Source: Candidatus Saccharimonadales bacterium (GTDB taxonomy: Bacteria > Patescibacteriota > Saccharimonadia > Saccharimonadales > UBA7683). From it: a stretch of 64,000 bases of DNA. The notes below the pieces were generated by a model, which searched no databases, was not told the origin of the DNA, and saw only the letters and a program-made list of their open reading frames with translations. A program made the position numbers and the translations under genes. Within the stretch, counting starts at the first letter, position 1; every line of letters starts with the position of its first letter. Location: NCBI GenBank assembly GCA_046350615.1, contig JAXMAA010000001.1, forward strand, positions 136,480 through 200,479, read 5' to 3'. Below are positions 1 through 10,500 of the stretch, piece after piece.

Positions 1-774
1 CATGTCAAACCCAGCCTCTTGCAGTACACGAGCCTTGCGCTCTTCAATTGCTTTACACCAAATAAATTCTTCGATATCAGGGTGATTAACATTTAAGATG
101 ACCATCTTCGCAGCACGTCGAGTTTTGCCGCCCGACTTAATTGCACCGGCCGAGGCATCAGCACCGCGCATAAAGCTTAAGGGGCCAGAAGCCGTACCAG
201 CACTCTTACCAAGCGGCTCATAGCTTGAGCGTATGGTACTGATATTTAAACCAGAGCCTGAACCACCCTTAAAGATCATACCTTCATCACGATACCAATC
301 AAGAATAGAGGGCATGGTATCGTCTACTGCCAAAATAAAACAGGCACTGGCTTGCTGCGAGCGAGAAGCCGCACCAATATTAAACCAAACCGGAGAGTTA
401 AATGCTGCACGCTGTGAAGCCAAGATGAATTTGAGCTCCTGATTGAACGTTTCCGCCTCTTCTTTTGTTGCAAAGTAGCCCTCTTGTTCACCATGACGAG
501 TGATGGTATCTGCCACGCGGTCTACGAGCGTCTTAAGGCTGCCTTCTCGGCTATCAGTCCCTGGAGTTCCAGTAAAGTATTTCTGGGAGACAATATTGAT
601 TGCGTTAAGGCTCCACGTATCAGGGAATTCTACAGCTTTTTGTTCAAATGCCACTTTTCCGGTAACCGGGTTATCAATTTTAGAGTCTCGCTCTACCCAC
701 GTAAAATTATCGTATGCGTCAACACCTTTTTTAGTAAAGTAGCGACGAATATCCAGCACCGTAGCTTGTGCCAT
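1..774 (-). CDS. nrdJ: Class II (adenosylcobalamin-dependent) ribonucleotide reductase, N-terminal part; continues beyond the left edge
   Basis: Absent from the ORF track because no stop falls in the window. My translation of the minus strand from ATG 772-774, behind AAGGAGGG, gives MAQATVLDIRRYFTKKGVDAYDNFTWVERD...AFNSPVWFNIG...ASACFILAVDD...FKGGSGSGLNISTIRS...GPLSFMRGADASAGAIKSGGKTRRAAKM. nrdR is adjacent. Confidence 0.85.
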   Translation of the reverse strand, partial: MAQATVLDIRRYFTKKGVDAYDNFTWVERDSKIDNPVTGKVAFEQKAVEFPDTWSLNAINIVSQKYFTGTPGTDSREGSLKTLVDRVADTITRHGEQEGYFATKEEAETFNQELKFILASQRAAFNSPVWFNIGAASRSQQASACFILAVDDTMPSILDWYRDEGMIFKGGSGSGLNISTIRSSYEPLGKSAGTASGPLSFMRGADASAGAIKSGGKTRRAAKMVILNVNHPDIEEFIWCKAIEERKARVLQEAGFDM

Positions 775-914
775 AGTAACTCCCTCCTTAGTTTCTATTT
801 GCCAGACCTCACCGTCACTTTTTAAGCAGAACTTGCCTGCCGAGATGGATCTGATGTTAGTTTTAAATGTTTGTTTAGAGCGAATGTGGACTTCCACCTC
901 CTTAGTCACTCCCC

Positions 915-1000
915 CGGATATTCGTAGATGTAGTATGTATAACGAATGGCGCGTTATACGAAATACGTTATACCCTATACGAACATCTGGGGTAACAACC
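915..1000 (+). promoter_or_regulatory. Motif-dense nrdR-nrdJ spacer, candidate operator region
   Basis: Inverted repeat gtataacg-N7-cgttatac at 937-959, a further cgttatac at 966-973, and tatacgaa direct repeats at 955-962 and 976-983. The word cgtagatgtag (923-933) is shared exactly with 3048-3058. Confidence 0.35.
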
Positions 1001-1019
1001 AACACTCTTTTGTTAAAGC

Positions 1020-1478
1020 TTAGGTTTTTCGGGCTTTAAGCGCCGAGAGACCTTCTTCAAAGCTTTTGATACTTGTGAAGTGTCGGTACACACTTGCGAA
1101 GCGCACATAGGCTACTTCATCGGCTTGTGCCAACTCGTCCATTACAAGCTCTCCGATTTCCCCCGCCCTCACTTCAGGCGTACTTAAATCGTACAGCTTG
1201 CGCTCAATTCTGGCAACCATGTCTTCGCGCTCCGGGCCGGAAATTGATGTTTTTTCCGAAGCTCGCTCGATGCCACAAAGGATTTTAGCGCGATCAAAAA
1301 CTTCACGCGTACCATCTTTTTTTACAACAACGAGATTGGGTCGTTCAATTCGTTCGTAGGTAGTAAAACGAGCACCGCAGGCTTCGCATTCACGACGTCG
1401 GCGGATGCTTTCCCCGCTTGCTACATCACGTGATTCAACAACTTTTGATTCTTCGCTCTGACAGGCTGGACACTTCAT
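1020..1478 (-). CDS. nrdR: Transcriptional repressor NrdR (zinc ribbon plus ATP-cone)
   Basis: MKCPACQSEESKVVESRDV...RRRRECEACGARFTTYE...; 152 aa; lies next to nrdJ. Confidence 0.95.
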   Translation of the reverse strand: MKCPACQSEESKVVESRDVASGESIRRRRECEACGARFTTYERIERPNLVVVKKDGTREVFDRAKILCGIERASEKTSISGPEREDMVARIERKLYDLSTPEVRAGEIGELVMDELAQADEVAYVRFASVYRHFTSIKSFEEGLSALKARKT

Positions 1479-1575
1479 TGATATCTTATCCTTGAATTTT
1501 CTAAGTTACGCTTCATACTCTACCTGTAGCGTACTTCTCATCAAGTATAACGCTAATGCTAGTGTACATGCAATA

Positions 1576-2871
1576 CTAATCTTCGTCTTTTTCTTCAGAT
1601 TCTTTGTTCTTCTTGCGTCGGAAGCGGCGCAAAAATGCCGGAACATCATGCTCTGAATCTGACTTTTGCTCATCGTCATCGCTTGCCCAGATATTAGAGC
1701 TTGGTACATCCTCGCTTTTATGAAACGGCGTGTCATCTTCGCCTTTTTCTTCAGCAGTGAGTGAGCCACCCTGAGCATCACTTGCATCCTCGTCCATATT
1801 GATCGTCTCTACTTCTCCCTCAACCTCACCTAATGAACTAGAAAGTTGCGGTTCTTCATCATCCTCATCGGTATCATCATCACCTGCGACTGCGCCACCA
1901 CGCTTTGCAAAATAAGCAGCATCAAAGCCAGTTGCAATTACCGTAATTTCAAGCTTATCGCTCATATCCGGCTTAATAGTTGCACCGAAAATGATATTTG
2001 CATCTGGTGAAACAGCCGCCGTAATAACCTCGGCTGCCTCGTTAACCTCATGCATTGAGAGGTCGTTACCACCAGTAATATTGAATACTACACCACGTGC
2101 ACCATCAATAGAAACCTCAAGTAGTGGCGACTCAATCGCCTGTTGTGCGGCAATAACTGCGCGGTTCTCCCCTGAACCACGGCCAATACCCATCAAAGCC
2201 GAGCCAGCATGGCTCATAACAGATTTTACATCAGCAAAATCAAGGTTGATTAAGCCGTGTTCGGTAATAAGGTCAGAAATGCCTTGCACACCTTGCCGTA
2301 GTACATCATCCGCGACGGTGAATGCTTCAAGTAGTGGCGTGTTCCTATCAATTGTCTGAAGCAAGCGGTCGTTGGGAATAGTAATAAGCGTATCGACATA
2401 CTTAGAAAGATTATCTATTGCAAACTCAGCATTCTTACGACGCTTCTCGCCCTCAAAGGCAAATGGTCGTGTTGCTACGCCAACCGTTAGTATATCCATC
2501 TCCTGAGCCAACTGCGCTACTACGTGTGCCGCACCCGAGCCGGTACCACCACCGGCACCAAGTGTAATAAATACCATATCTGCACCGGTCAGCGCCTCTT
2601 TGATTTCATCTTTAGATTCTTCCGCAGCCTTCTGACCCATGGTGGGGTCTGCACCAGCACCAAGACCACGAGTAGTATCTTTACCAATGTGTATTTTTAC
2701 TGCTGCTTGTGAGTGATACAGAGCCTGGGCATCGGTGTTAATCGCTATAAACTGCACACCCTTAAGGCCAGAATCTACCATCCGGTTCACCGCTGAACCA
2801 CCAGCGCCACCAACCCCCACTACTTTAATAGATGCAAATGCTTGAATATCGGCAGGTTTTACTTCTGGCAC
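1576..2871 (-). CDS. ftsZ: Cell division GTPase FtsZ with an acidic disordered C-terminal tail
   Basis: Carries the [13 protein letters not shown] and [11 protein letters not shown] tubulin signature motifs; 431 aa. Confidence 0.97.
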   Translation of the reverse strand: MPEVKPADIQAFASIKVVGVGGAGGSAVNRMVDSGLKGVQFIAINTDAQALYHSQAAVKIHIGKDTTRGLGAGADPTMGQKAAEESKDEIKEALTGADMVFITLGAGGGTGSGAAHVVAQLAQEMDILTVGVATRPFAFEGEKRRKNAEFAIDNLSKYVDTLITIPNDRLLQTIDRNTPLLEAFTVADDVLRQGVQGISDLITEHGLINLDFADVKSVMSHAGSALMGIGRGSGENRAVIAAQQAIESPLLEVSIDGARGVVFNITGGNDLSMHEVNEAAEVITAAVSPDANIIFGATIKPDMSDKLEITVIATGFDAAYFAKRGGAVAGDDDTDEDDEEPQLSSSLGEVEGEVETINMDEDASDAQGGSLTAEEKGEDDTPFHKSEDVPSSNIWASDDDEQKSDSEHDVPAFLRRFRRKKNKESEEKDED

Positions 2872-3010
2872 GTTTCCCCCTCACTTACTTATGGTACTCA
2901 GTATATACCGCATGTGCTAGGAAAATCAATAACGCCAAAATTCAGCACCACCACCAGAGGTTACCACGAACACTTTTGGTATACACTGTTAAAAATTTAT
3001 GTGTTCAAAA

Positions 3011-3139
3011 TTTGATATTTATGTAGCATGTATCATTTTGCATGTAGCGTAGATGTAGCAATGACCATGTTTCATGTGTCGGACAAAATGCTACATGAAA
3101 CATCTATGATCAATGGCACATGTTACATGATAAATACGG
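3011..3139 (+). repeat. CATG/ATG-dense module, copy A (ftsA 3' end / ftsA-ftsZ spacer)
   Basis: About 13 ATG within roughly 125 nt. It shares exact words with the copies at 28.3 kb and 51.5 kb: agatgtagcaat, ccatgtttca, catgataaat, catgttacat. Confidence 0.6.
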
Positions 3140-4452
3140 AAACGACCGCTAGAACCCGAAACGGGAGAGGATTTTTGGAAGAGGTTTCGGGCTTGATCTG
3201 CGCTATGCTGCAACCTACCACCTAAGCCACGCCCACCGTAGCTAGTGTCTTCATCTTTATGAACATCGAGGAGCATCAGGCCTACTGCTGTCGCGTATTC
3301 TGGTCGCGCAACCTTCTCTTTTAATCCGCCTATGCTGGCTGGGAAAGCCACGCGAGCAGAAAGTGCCAGCTCCTCTTTCACGCTATCTCATCAATACCCG
3401 GAAGATGCGCCGTACCGCCCACCAGTGTGATACCGCCTGGGATTTTTTTGCTACGATGTATCTTTGCCAACTCTTTATCGACTGATTCAAATAGTTCAAC
3501 CAATCGGGCGGTGATAACCAGCTCAATATCTTTAGTTGGGAAAACGTGTTCACTCCGATTAACCACCACTTTTACATGCTTTGGCCGTGTTTTGCTGCTC
3601 TGCGTTAAAGTACTTGTAATTCTTTTTCACGGCTTCAGCAACTTTGAGATCGGTCCTGAGGCCAATGGCAAGGTCGTTAGTAATATGATTGCCACCAATT
3701 GGTATAACACTCACCAACTGCACATCGCCGTCTTCAATCACAATCAGGTTTGAGGTGGTCGCACCAATATCAAGTACCGCCACACCATTCTCACGCTGCT
3801 CTCGCGAAATCACCGCTTGCGCTGCGCCAAGACTACCCACGCTTAAACGATTAACGCGGGTTTGAGTAGTCTCAACCACTTTTTCAAGATTTTTTAATGC
3901 TGGCGCTGCAACCGTTACCACATGTGCATCAACCTCAAGCCGGGTGCCGCTCATGCCAATGGGGTCTTTAATATTAGCCTGGCCATCGAGATTATAACTA
4001 CGTGGGAAAACGCTCAAAATCTCGTGGTGCTGCGGCAGCTGAAGCACCGTAGCCGCATCTTCAACTCTCAAAAGATCATCCTCGGTAATTTCATTGCCAG
4101 AAACCGCAATGATGCCCTTAGAATCCACACCTTTGATGTGTGATCCGTTAATGTTTGCTGTTCCGCTGCTAATTTGAACCCCTGCCATACGCTCAGCGTT
4201 AGCAATCGCCTGATCAAGCGCTGAAGCCGTTTCAGATATATTGACTACGCTTCCTTTGCGAAATCCAGAGTTTATGGCTTCACCAAGGCCGATAAGTTTT
4301 ACTGTTTGATCTTCTTGTACCAGCCCAATAGTGCATCGGACTGAGGTGGTGCCAATATCAATACCCACCGCTACCTGTTGATGTTCTTGCATAGCTAAAA
4401 GTATACCGCTTGTGGCTACGCTTGTGCAACTGTCGGCTAAGATCAGTTTCAA
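3091..4452 (-). pseudogene. ftsA: Cell division protein FtsA split into three ORFs by two frame disruptions
   Basis: ORFs 3559-4452, 3378-3569 and 3091-3381 together read as one actin-like FtsA (VGIDIGTTSVR...LDIGATTSNL...GGTAHLPGIDEIA / KEELALSARVA). The probable true start is MQEHQQ at 4392. The frame changes near 3600 and near 3380. Confidence 0.85.
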
Positions 4453-5297
4453 GAATCAATTTTATTAATTTTCTCAAAAGCGGCTTGGAGCTGTAACTCC
4501 CGGTTGAACAAGGCTGCAAGCAGCCCGCACCTGTTGTATACATCAAATTCTTGAATTTCCTGAGCAGTAATCTTTTCCACCGTAGTCACGGTAGTTGCCA
4601 AAAGATTGGCCTGATTGTTCGCCAGTTTCTTTAAGTCTGAGCCCAACACTTTTTGTAGCTTTCTTTTACCCACAAACTCCGTAATTCTGAATAAATATTG
4701 ATAGCCATCAGGTCTTGGAATTCTAAAACCACCTTCGTCATCCCGTAGTCTCTCGACTTCTGACATGCCCACTGCCTCTGAAAATTGCTCGACTATCTTT
4801 TCAGAGCTAACATCCATTTGCCTACTTGTAGTCACCACACTCAGAGGACTACTATCCCCTCCGAACGCAGGGACCAATAAAATCTGAACTGTTGCATCCG
4901 AAAAGTCCTCAGTGGGCTCAACCTGCTTCTGCCCAGCGACATACATAGGTACAAGATTTCTTCCATGCACAGCAACATCTTCGACCCAACCGCCATCAAT
5001 GAACTCAGGGTCTATGAATACTCTCTTGTTTTGCTCATTCATATTCTTGAAATAGGTTGATACAGCCCTTCTGTCTATCCATAATATCTGGGTTTCCAGC
5101 ATCCTAGCCTGCTCAAAGCTGATAGCCGGAAAACCAGGTACATGGTCGACATGGCCCAATATGGTGTGCCCATAATCATCTACAAGTTGTCTTGTCTCAG
5201 GTGCCAGTGGGAGAGTAGCGAAAAATGCCTTGATTGCTGTCATACGATCTCGCGCCTCCCTTGCTTGCTGCTCGATTTGGCACTCATCCTCCACCAA
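4449..5297 (-). CDS. Hypothetical protein in the position usually held by ftsQ
   Basis: 282-aa ORF with no TM segment or motif I recognise. The reading frame may continue upstream (see finding at 5298-5440). Confidence 0.5.
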   Translation of the reverse strand: MVEDECQIEQQAREARDRMTAIKAFFATLPLAPETRQLVDDYGHTILGHVDHVPGFPAISFEQARMLETQILWIDRRAVSTYFKNMNEQNKRVFIDPEFIDGGWVEDVAVHGRNLVPMYVAGQKQVEPTEDFSDATVQILLVPAFGGDSSPLSVVTTSRQMDVSSEKIVEQFSEAVGMSEVERLRDDEGGFRIPRPDGYQYLFRITEFVGKRKLQKVLGSDLKKLANNQANLLATTVTTVEKITAQEIQEFDVYNRCGLLAALFNRELQLQAAFEKINKIDS

Positions 5298-5517
5298 CTT
5301 ATCAAGACCAACTGAAGCAATATCCCCGATGCGTTCGAGTAATCGCGCATGTTCTTCGCCTCGAAGCTGGGGGGCCAGAGTCCGGGGTTAGGCTTATCTG
5401 GTGTTCGGGATCAATACCTAGTAAGTCGAATGGCTTGGGCATAATATTACATTATAAACTAGTATATAGTAAATGTCAATACTAATTCCACAAGTCTACT
5501 GCTCAAAGCACGGCACA

Positions 5518-6270
5518 CTAGAAGGTAGCGGTTAATATCTCAGCTCTGTTCTCCAAGATCAAGACGGTGTGCTCAAAGTGGGCGCTGAGGGATTTATCGT
5601 AGGTTTTGATGGTCCAGCCGTCTTGATCAAGCACTACTCGCTCGGAACCGAGAGTACTCATAGGCTCGATGGCAATAGTCATGCCTTTTGATAATTTGTT
5701 GCCAGTTCCAGCCACGCCGTAATTTGGTACATCTGGCTCTTCATGCACCTGATGCCCCACGCCGTGGCCTACTAAATCTCGAACGATACCAAAGCCATAT
5801 TGAGTCATGACTTTTTCTACCGCAGCGCCAATATCGCCAGTTTTAACGCCATCTTTGACTACTGATATTCCCGCCAACAATGCCTCTTCCGTACCCTTCA
5901 ATAAACGGCGTTTTTGGCCACTCGCCTCCCCAGCTACCACCGTGATTGCTGCATCGGTGATCATGCCGTTGTATCCTACACACAGATCAAAACTTACCAA
6001 ATCACCCTCTTGTACTACCTTGGGGCCAGGAATTCCGTGTACCACCTCGTCGTTGAGAGAAATGCAGATAACATCTGGGAACCCACTGTAGCCGAGTAAA
6101 ACACTATCGCCACCAAGCCGGGTGATTTCCTGAGCAGCCAAGACTGCCAACTGCTTTGTTGTAACCCCAACCTCAATTTTTGTTTTAAGGTAGGCAAAAA
6201 CATTTGCAAGTATTTGACCGCTTGTACGCAAGTCTTTTATTTCCTGTTCAGTTTTTACCCTGGTATACAT
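5518..6270 (-). CDS. map: Methionine aminopeptidase type I
   Basis: GYSGFPDVICISLNDEVVHGIP...FDLCVGYNG...HGVGHQVHEEP...IEP metal-ligand pattern; 250 aa. Confidence 0.95.
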   Translation of the reverse strand: MYTRVKTEQEIKDLRTSGQILANVFAYLKTKIEVGVTTKQLAVLAAQEITRLGGDSVLLGYSGFPDVICISLNDEVVHGIPGPKVVQEGDLVSFDLCVGYNGMITDAAITVVAGEASGQKRRLLKGTEEALLAGISVVKDGVKTGDIGAAVEKVMTQYGFGIVRDLVGHGVGHQVHEEPDVPNYGVAGTGNKLSKGMTIAIEPMSTLGSERVVLDQDGWTIKTYDKSLSAHFEHTVLILENRAEILTATF

Positions 6271-6273
6271 AGG

Positions 6274-6843
6274 CTATGCGATATGTTCTGCGCTTGCAGT
6301 GGTAAGTTTAAGTGCCTGTAGTTCTGCCTCAATACGGTCATGAACCTGGCCAACTGTGCCAGTACCTTCAATATGAGCAATTCTTACCTTCTGGTCTGTC
6401 AGGTACGTTAAGATTGGATAAATTTCCTTACGGTAAATGTTCAGCCGCTCTTCAATAACTTCAGTTGTATCATCTAGACGACCCCTCACTTTGAGACGCT
6501 TTTCAAGTTCGGCCCTCGGGACCTCAAGCACGACCGCAAGATTAATTGCACGCTCATGACGTGGTTGTGTTTTTATTAAAAACTGAGCCTGCTCTAGCTT
6601 TCTTGGATATCCGTCGAGAATAACTTTATCGATGTCTTTGGCGCGTTCTAGTGCATCAGCAATTACCTCATTAGTCTGCTCGCTACTTACGAGTGCTCCT
6701 GTTCTCATTTGTTCAACGATTTCTGAATCGCGGGAGTCTCTTAAAAGCTGTCCTGATGAAAGCCAGCGCCAACCATGCCGCGCTGCTAAGATCTGACCCT
6801 GAACACTTTTACCTGCACCAGCCGGACCAAAAAATACAATCAC
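6274..6843 (-). CDS. adk: Adenylate kinase (short form, no zinc lid)
   Basis: MIVFFGPAGAGKSVQGQILA P-loop with LDGYPR; 189 aa; map-adk synteny. Confidence 0.9.
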   Translation of the reverse strand: MIVFFGPAGAGKSVQGQILAARHGWRWLSSGQLLRDSRDSEIVEQMRTGALVSSEQTNEVIADALERAKDIDKVILDGYPRKLEQAQFLIKTQPRHERAINLAVVLEVPRAELEKRLKVRGRLDDTTEVIEERLNIYRKEIYPILTYLTDQKVRIAHIEGTGTVGQVHDRIEAELQALKLTTASAEHIA

Positions 6844-6853
6844 TCACCCCTCC

Positions 6854-7303
6854 TTATGCTGATTTTTCTTTTACTAAAGCCGCAACTCTTGCGCCATCAG
6901 CAGATTGCCCTAGCCTTGCCTTAACGGCACCGATGATCTGACCCATCTGCTGTATGCTCACTTCATCCATCTGAGCAATAACCTCATTGATTACTTCACG
7001 TATGTCATCGTCACTCGCCTGTTCAGGCAAGTATACCGCTATAATTTCTTTCTCAAAATTTTCGGCAGCCGCCTGCTCAGTACGGCCTGCTTTTTCATAC
7101 ATTTCGGCAGCATCAGAACGTTTTTTTGCTTCTTTACTAAGTACATCTACGACCTGCTCGTTAGTCAGGCCAGTTTCGCGTGCGCCAAGCTCCACCTCTT
7201 TATATGTAATGGCGGTTTTAAGCATCTTTAGCGCCTCAACACGCTGTTTATCGCCCGAGAGCATAGCAGCTTTCAGGTCAGATGTTATGGCATCTTTCAG
7301 CAT
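6854..7303 (-). CDS. GatB/YqeY domain protein
   Basis: 149 aa. MLKDAITSDLKAAMLSGDKQRVEALKMLKTAI... is typical of the YqeY family, and the gene is adjacent to rpsU as in many bacteria. Confidence 0.8.
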   Translation of the reverse strand: MLKDAITSDLKAAMLSGDKQRVEALKMLKTAITYKEVELGARETGLTNEQVVDVLSKEAKKRSDAAEMYEKAGRTEQAAAENFEKEIIAVYLPEQASDDDIREVINEVIAQMDEVSIQQMGQIIGAVKARLGQSADGARVAALVKEKSA

Positions 7304-7308
7304 TGCTC

Positions 7309-7524
7309 TTATTTCTGCCCGAGACGAATGCGCTTCATCTTTTCGCTTTTGCGCTCTTTACGGATAATCGCCTTCTCGCGACGCTCTCGTTTACTGAGAG
7401 GCTTCGTGAAAAACTCATTATTTTTAACCGCTGCAATAACACCAGCAGATGCTACCTTACGGTTAAAACGGCGAATAAGGTTTTCGACGCCTTCTTTGTT
7501 GTCTTTTCTTGTTACTTGAATCAT
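7309..7524 (-). CDS. rpsU: 30S ribosomal protein S21
   Basis: 71 aa, basic: VTRKDNKEGVENLIRRFNRKV...RERREKAIIRKERK. Confidence 0.9.
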   Translation of the reverse strand: MIQVTRKDNKEGVENLIRRFNRKVASAGVIAAVKNNEFFTKPLSKRERREKAIIRKERKSEKMKRIRLGQK

Positions 7525-7571
7525 ACCAGAACATTCTACTACAGATCAGCACTACTGACAAGCACTCCGGC

Positions 7572-10500
7572 TTACTTTTTAAATACTACCGAGACGGTTG
7601 TTCCAACATCTGGCGTACTTGTCATAGTGATTGCACCCCCATAGCGCTCAACAAGAAGTCGCACCGTGTAGAGGCTAAGGCCCAGACCCTCGTAATCGTA
7701 TGTTTCGGTTGAGGTGGCTCGCACGAACGGCTGCATGAGGCCATTAAGCTTTTCTGGTGCAATGCCGACACCAGTATCTCGAACCATCAAAGAAAGCCGC
7801 GAAGCGCTGTCTCGGAATACCACCGTTACGCGGCCACCCTCTTTGGTAAATTGCAGGGCGTTTTCTAGTAAAACATGGCAAATGTATCCGAGGTCGCTTG
7901 CGTAAACAGTACTCTGAAGGGTTTCAGGTGCATCAACGTGCAAACCGATGCCCTTTTGTTTGGCGGTGGTTCGCACAGAGCCAAGCAGCGCCCCCACTGC
8001 CACAGTAGTCGGCTGCGAGGCCACCTGCTGAGACTGCAAGATGTTTGCAACTGCAGAAAAAGCTGATCCAACCTTTTTAAGCTGACGAAGACCACCTGCA
8101 AAGCTTTTAGTAAACGTTGGCTCGTGGAGTGTTGCGCCGCTGGTGCTAAAATCTGTAATAGAGCGCATTAGCTGAGTATGAGTACCACCTATAAATTCGT
8201 TGCGATCCTTGAGACTACTACTCGCCACCTGTTCGGAAAGCAGCACCGCATGCGTGAGTTCACGCTGCCGTTGCCATAACTCAAAGCTAGCAATTGCAAC
8301 CAATAATGAAGCTGCTAATACTGCCCCGTGGAAGATCGTCGTACTGCGTGTCACCTCCCATAGTTCCAAGTTTGCAGCACCAGCGACCCCCGCCACCGTT
8401 AAGAAGCTCATGGCAGCTCCAGGAATTGCCACCCAGCGATAAATTGAAAGCTTTTTGAAGGAGGTTGCGCCAGTAATCTTTTGCTTTACTGCTGTCTCTT
8501 TTGCGCCAAGATCTTCTACCAAGTGCTGTACGTAGCCCTTAAAAGCATCTGAGCTGACCTTCAGCGCCTGATAGCCACTCGCCTGCTTATCTTTTACGGC
8601 CTCAAGTGCAAGTGAGATAATAGTAATTGGGGTTGTGAGATAGTGCGTAACGATGTGAACAAATCCATCAATTTGATCTTTGGCTTGTTGCAACGCAAGT
8701 AGACAAGCCTGCAGCGCACGACGTCTCTGTACTTGGAAAAGAGTTTGCACGGCGTAGAATAACACGAGCAAGAGAACAATAATCCACGGTAAACTTTGAG
8801 CAAAATTTGCTACCGCACCATGCAAGACAAAATTATGACGTTCAGCAAGTGTTGAAACATCCAGCTTCTTAAGCTCTTCTAGCGTAACTACGCTCGTCCC
8901 CATTTTATTCACCACAAACGTCAATGGATCTGCTGCAACCTCCACCCCATCGACATCTTCTACCACTACTATAAGCTGATACGTACCATTGGTAGCCTTT
9001 TTGAAGGTAGTCTCATACGGTGCTTGGGTGATTGTAGCAATAAGCTTTCCGTTTATATAGAACCGCGCAGCCTTCACGGGCTTGTTGCCTTTTGTAACAT
9101 CTGCCTTCAAGAGAATGTCTCCACCTGTTGCGTAACCCTGACCCGCTTTTGGTGAAACGATTGTAACCGTTGGCGCCTTACTTGATTCAGACGTGCTTGG
9201 CTTTGGAGTTACTGGCGGTGTTACCAGTGGGCAACTGAGTGTAAATATCACGGCATCGCCATAGGTCTTAACGTTCAATGCGTCCACCGCAAACGCACGG
9301 TAATAGTAGGCTTTGTTGCAGCTCAGGATAAGTTCGGTACTGAAGGCATTGGAGCTGATGGGCAAATTGTTAACGGTATTGCCATAGGCACTGGTTTCAC
9401 CCCACTCAAAGCCAGCCGAAACGAAGTTTCCCGCGCCCGTGCCAGAAACCGAGCCTTTCAGACGTGCCAGAGTACTACTCAATTTATCCGGAGAAAGCGT
9501 ATGCGCTTGCTTGAAAGTATTGCCGCAATCTTTACCGCTATCATTAATGGTCCAGTTGAAGTTAGTCATAATACTTATGCGATCGGCTTCAGCATTACAA
9601 TACGTACTGGTACCGGCATCGAAGACAACATCATCTTGCAGATCCTGCTGATGCCAACTGGCAAGCGTAGCATCATAATTAGCCGTGGAAAGACCGGCTG
9701 GGAAAAGCTGATTGAATGGCTGAGCTGGGCCAATCGGATCTTTGTTGAACATCATCGACATATCTTCAACGTTGGATACGTCCCAGGCCGCAAGTGACTG
9801 ATTAAATGCATCTGCTCCAACAAACATTCCTGACATATTCATCACACTGCTTGTGTTCCAATTGTTTAAGGGCTGGTTGAACTGACGCGCGCCAACAAAC
9901 ATGGATTGCATACTTAGGACGCTGTTTGTGTTCCAATTGTTTAATGGTTGATTAAACGGCGTCGCATAAAACATGCCCCACATGGCCTGCACATTGCTCA
10001 CATCCCAGTTATTGAGGGGTTGGTTGAAAGATGTTGCAAGCAAAAACATACCGCCCATACCTGTCACATTACTAACGTTCCAGTTGTTGAGCGGTTGGTT
10101 GAACATAGTCGCACCATTAAACATCTCCTTCATCCCGCCCATATTGTCGTTTATGCCAACTTGGCTAGTATCCCAAGCATCAAGCGGTTGGTTGAATGCA
10201 GTGGCACCCGCAAACATTTTATCCATTACAGTCACGTTGCCTACATTCCAGTTGTTGAGCGGTTGGTTGAATGCAGTGGCATGGCTGAACATTCTATACA
10301 TTGTGGTTACATTCCCTGTATTCCATGTTGATGTATCTGAGTTAAAAGCAGCGGCTTCGTAAAATGTATATTCCATGTTAGTCACATTGCTTACATCCCA
10401 ATTGTTAAGCGGTTGATTGAATAAGGTAGCCTCATAAAATACAGATTGCATATCAGTTACACCGCTTACATTAAAATTATTAATGGGCTGATTAAAGCTA

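Noticed and set aside
233-1039. Plus-strand ORFs 233-442, 484-825, 500-742 and 833-1039.
   Set aside because: The first three are antisense to the clearly coding nrdJ N-terminus. The last lies in the nrdR-nrdJ spacer and has no RBS or motif support.
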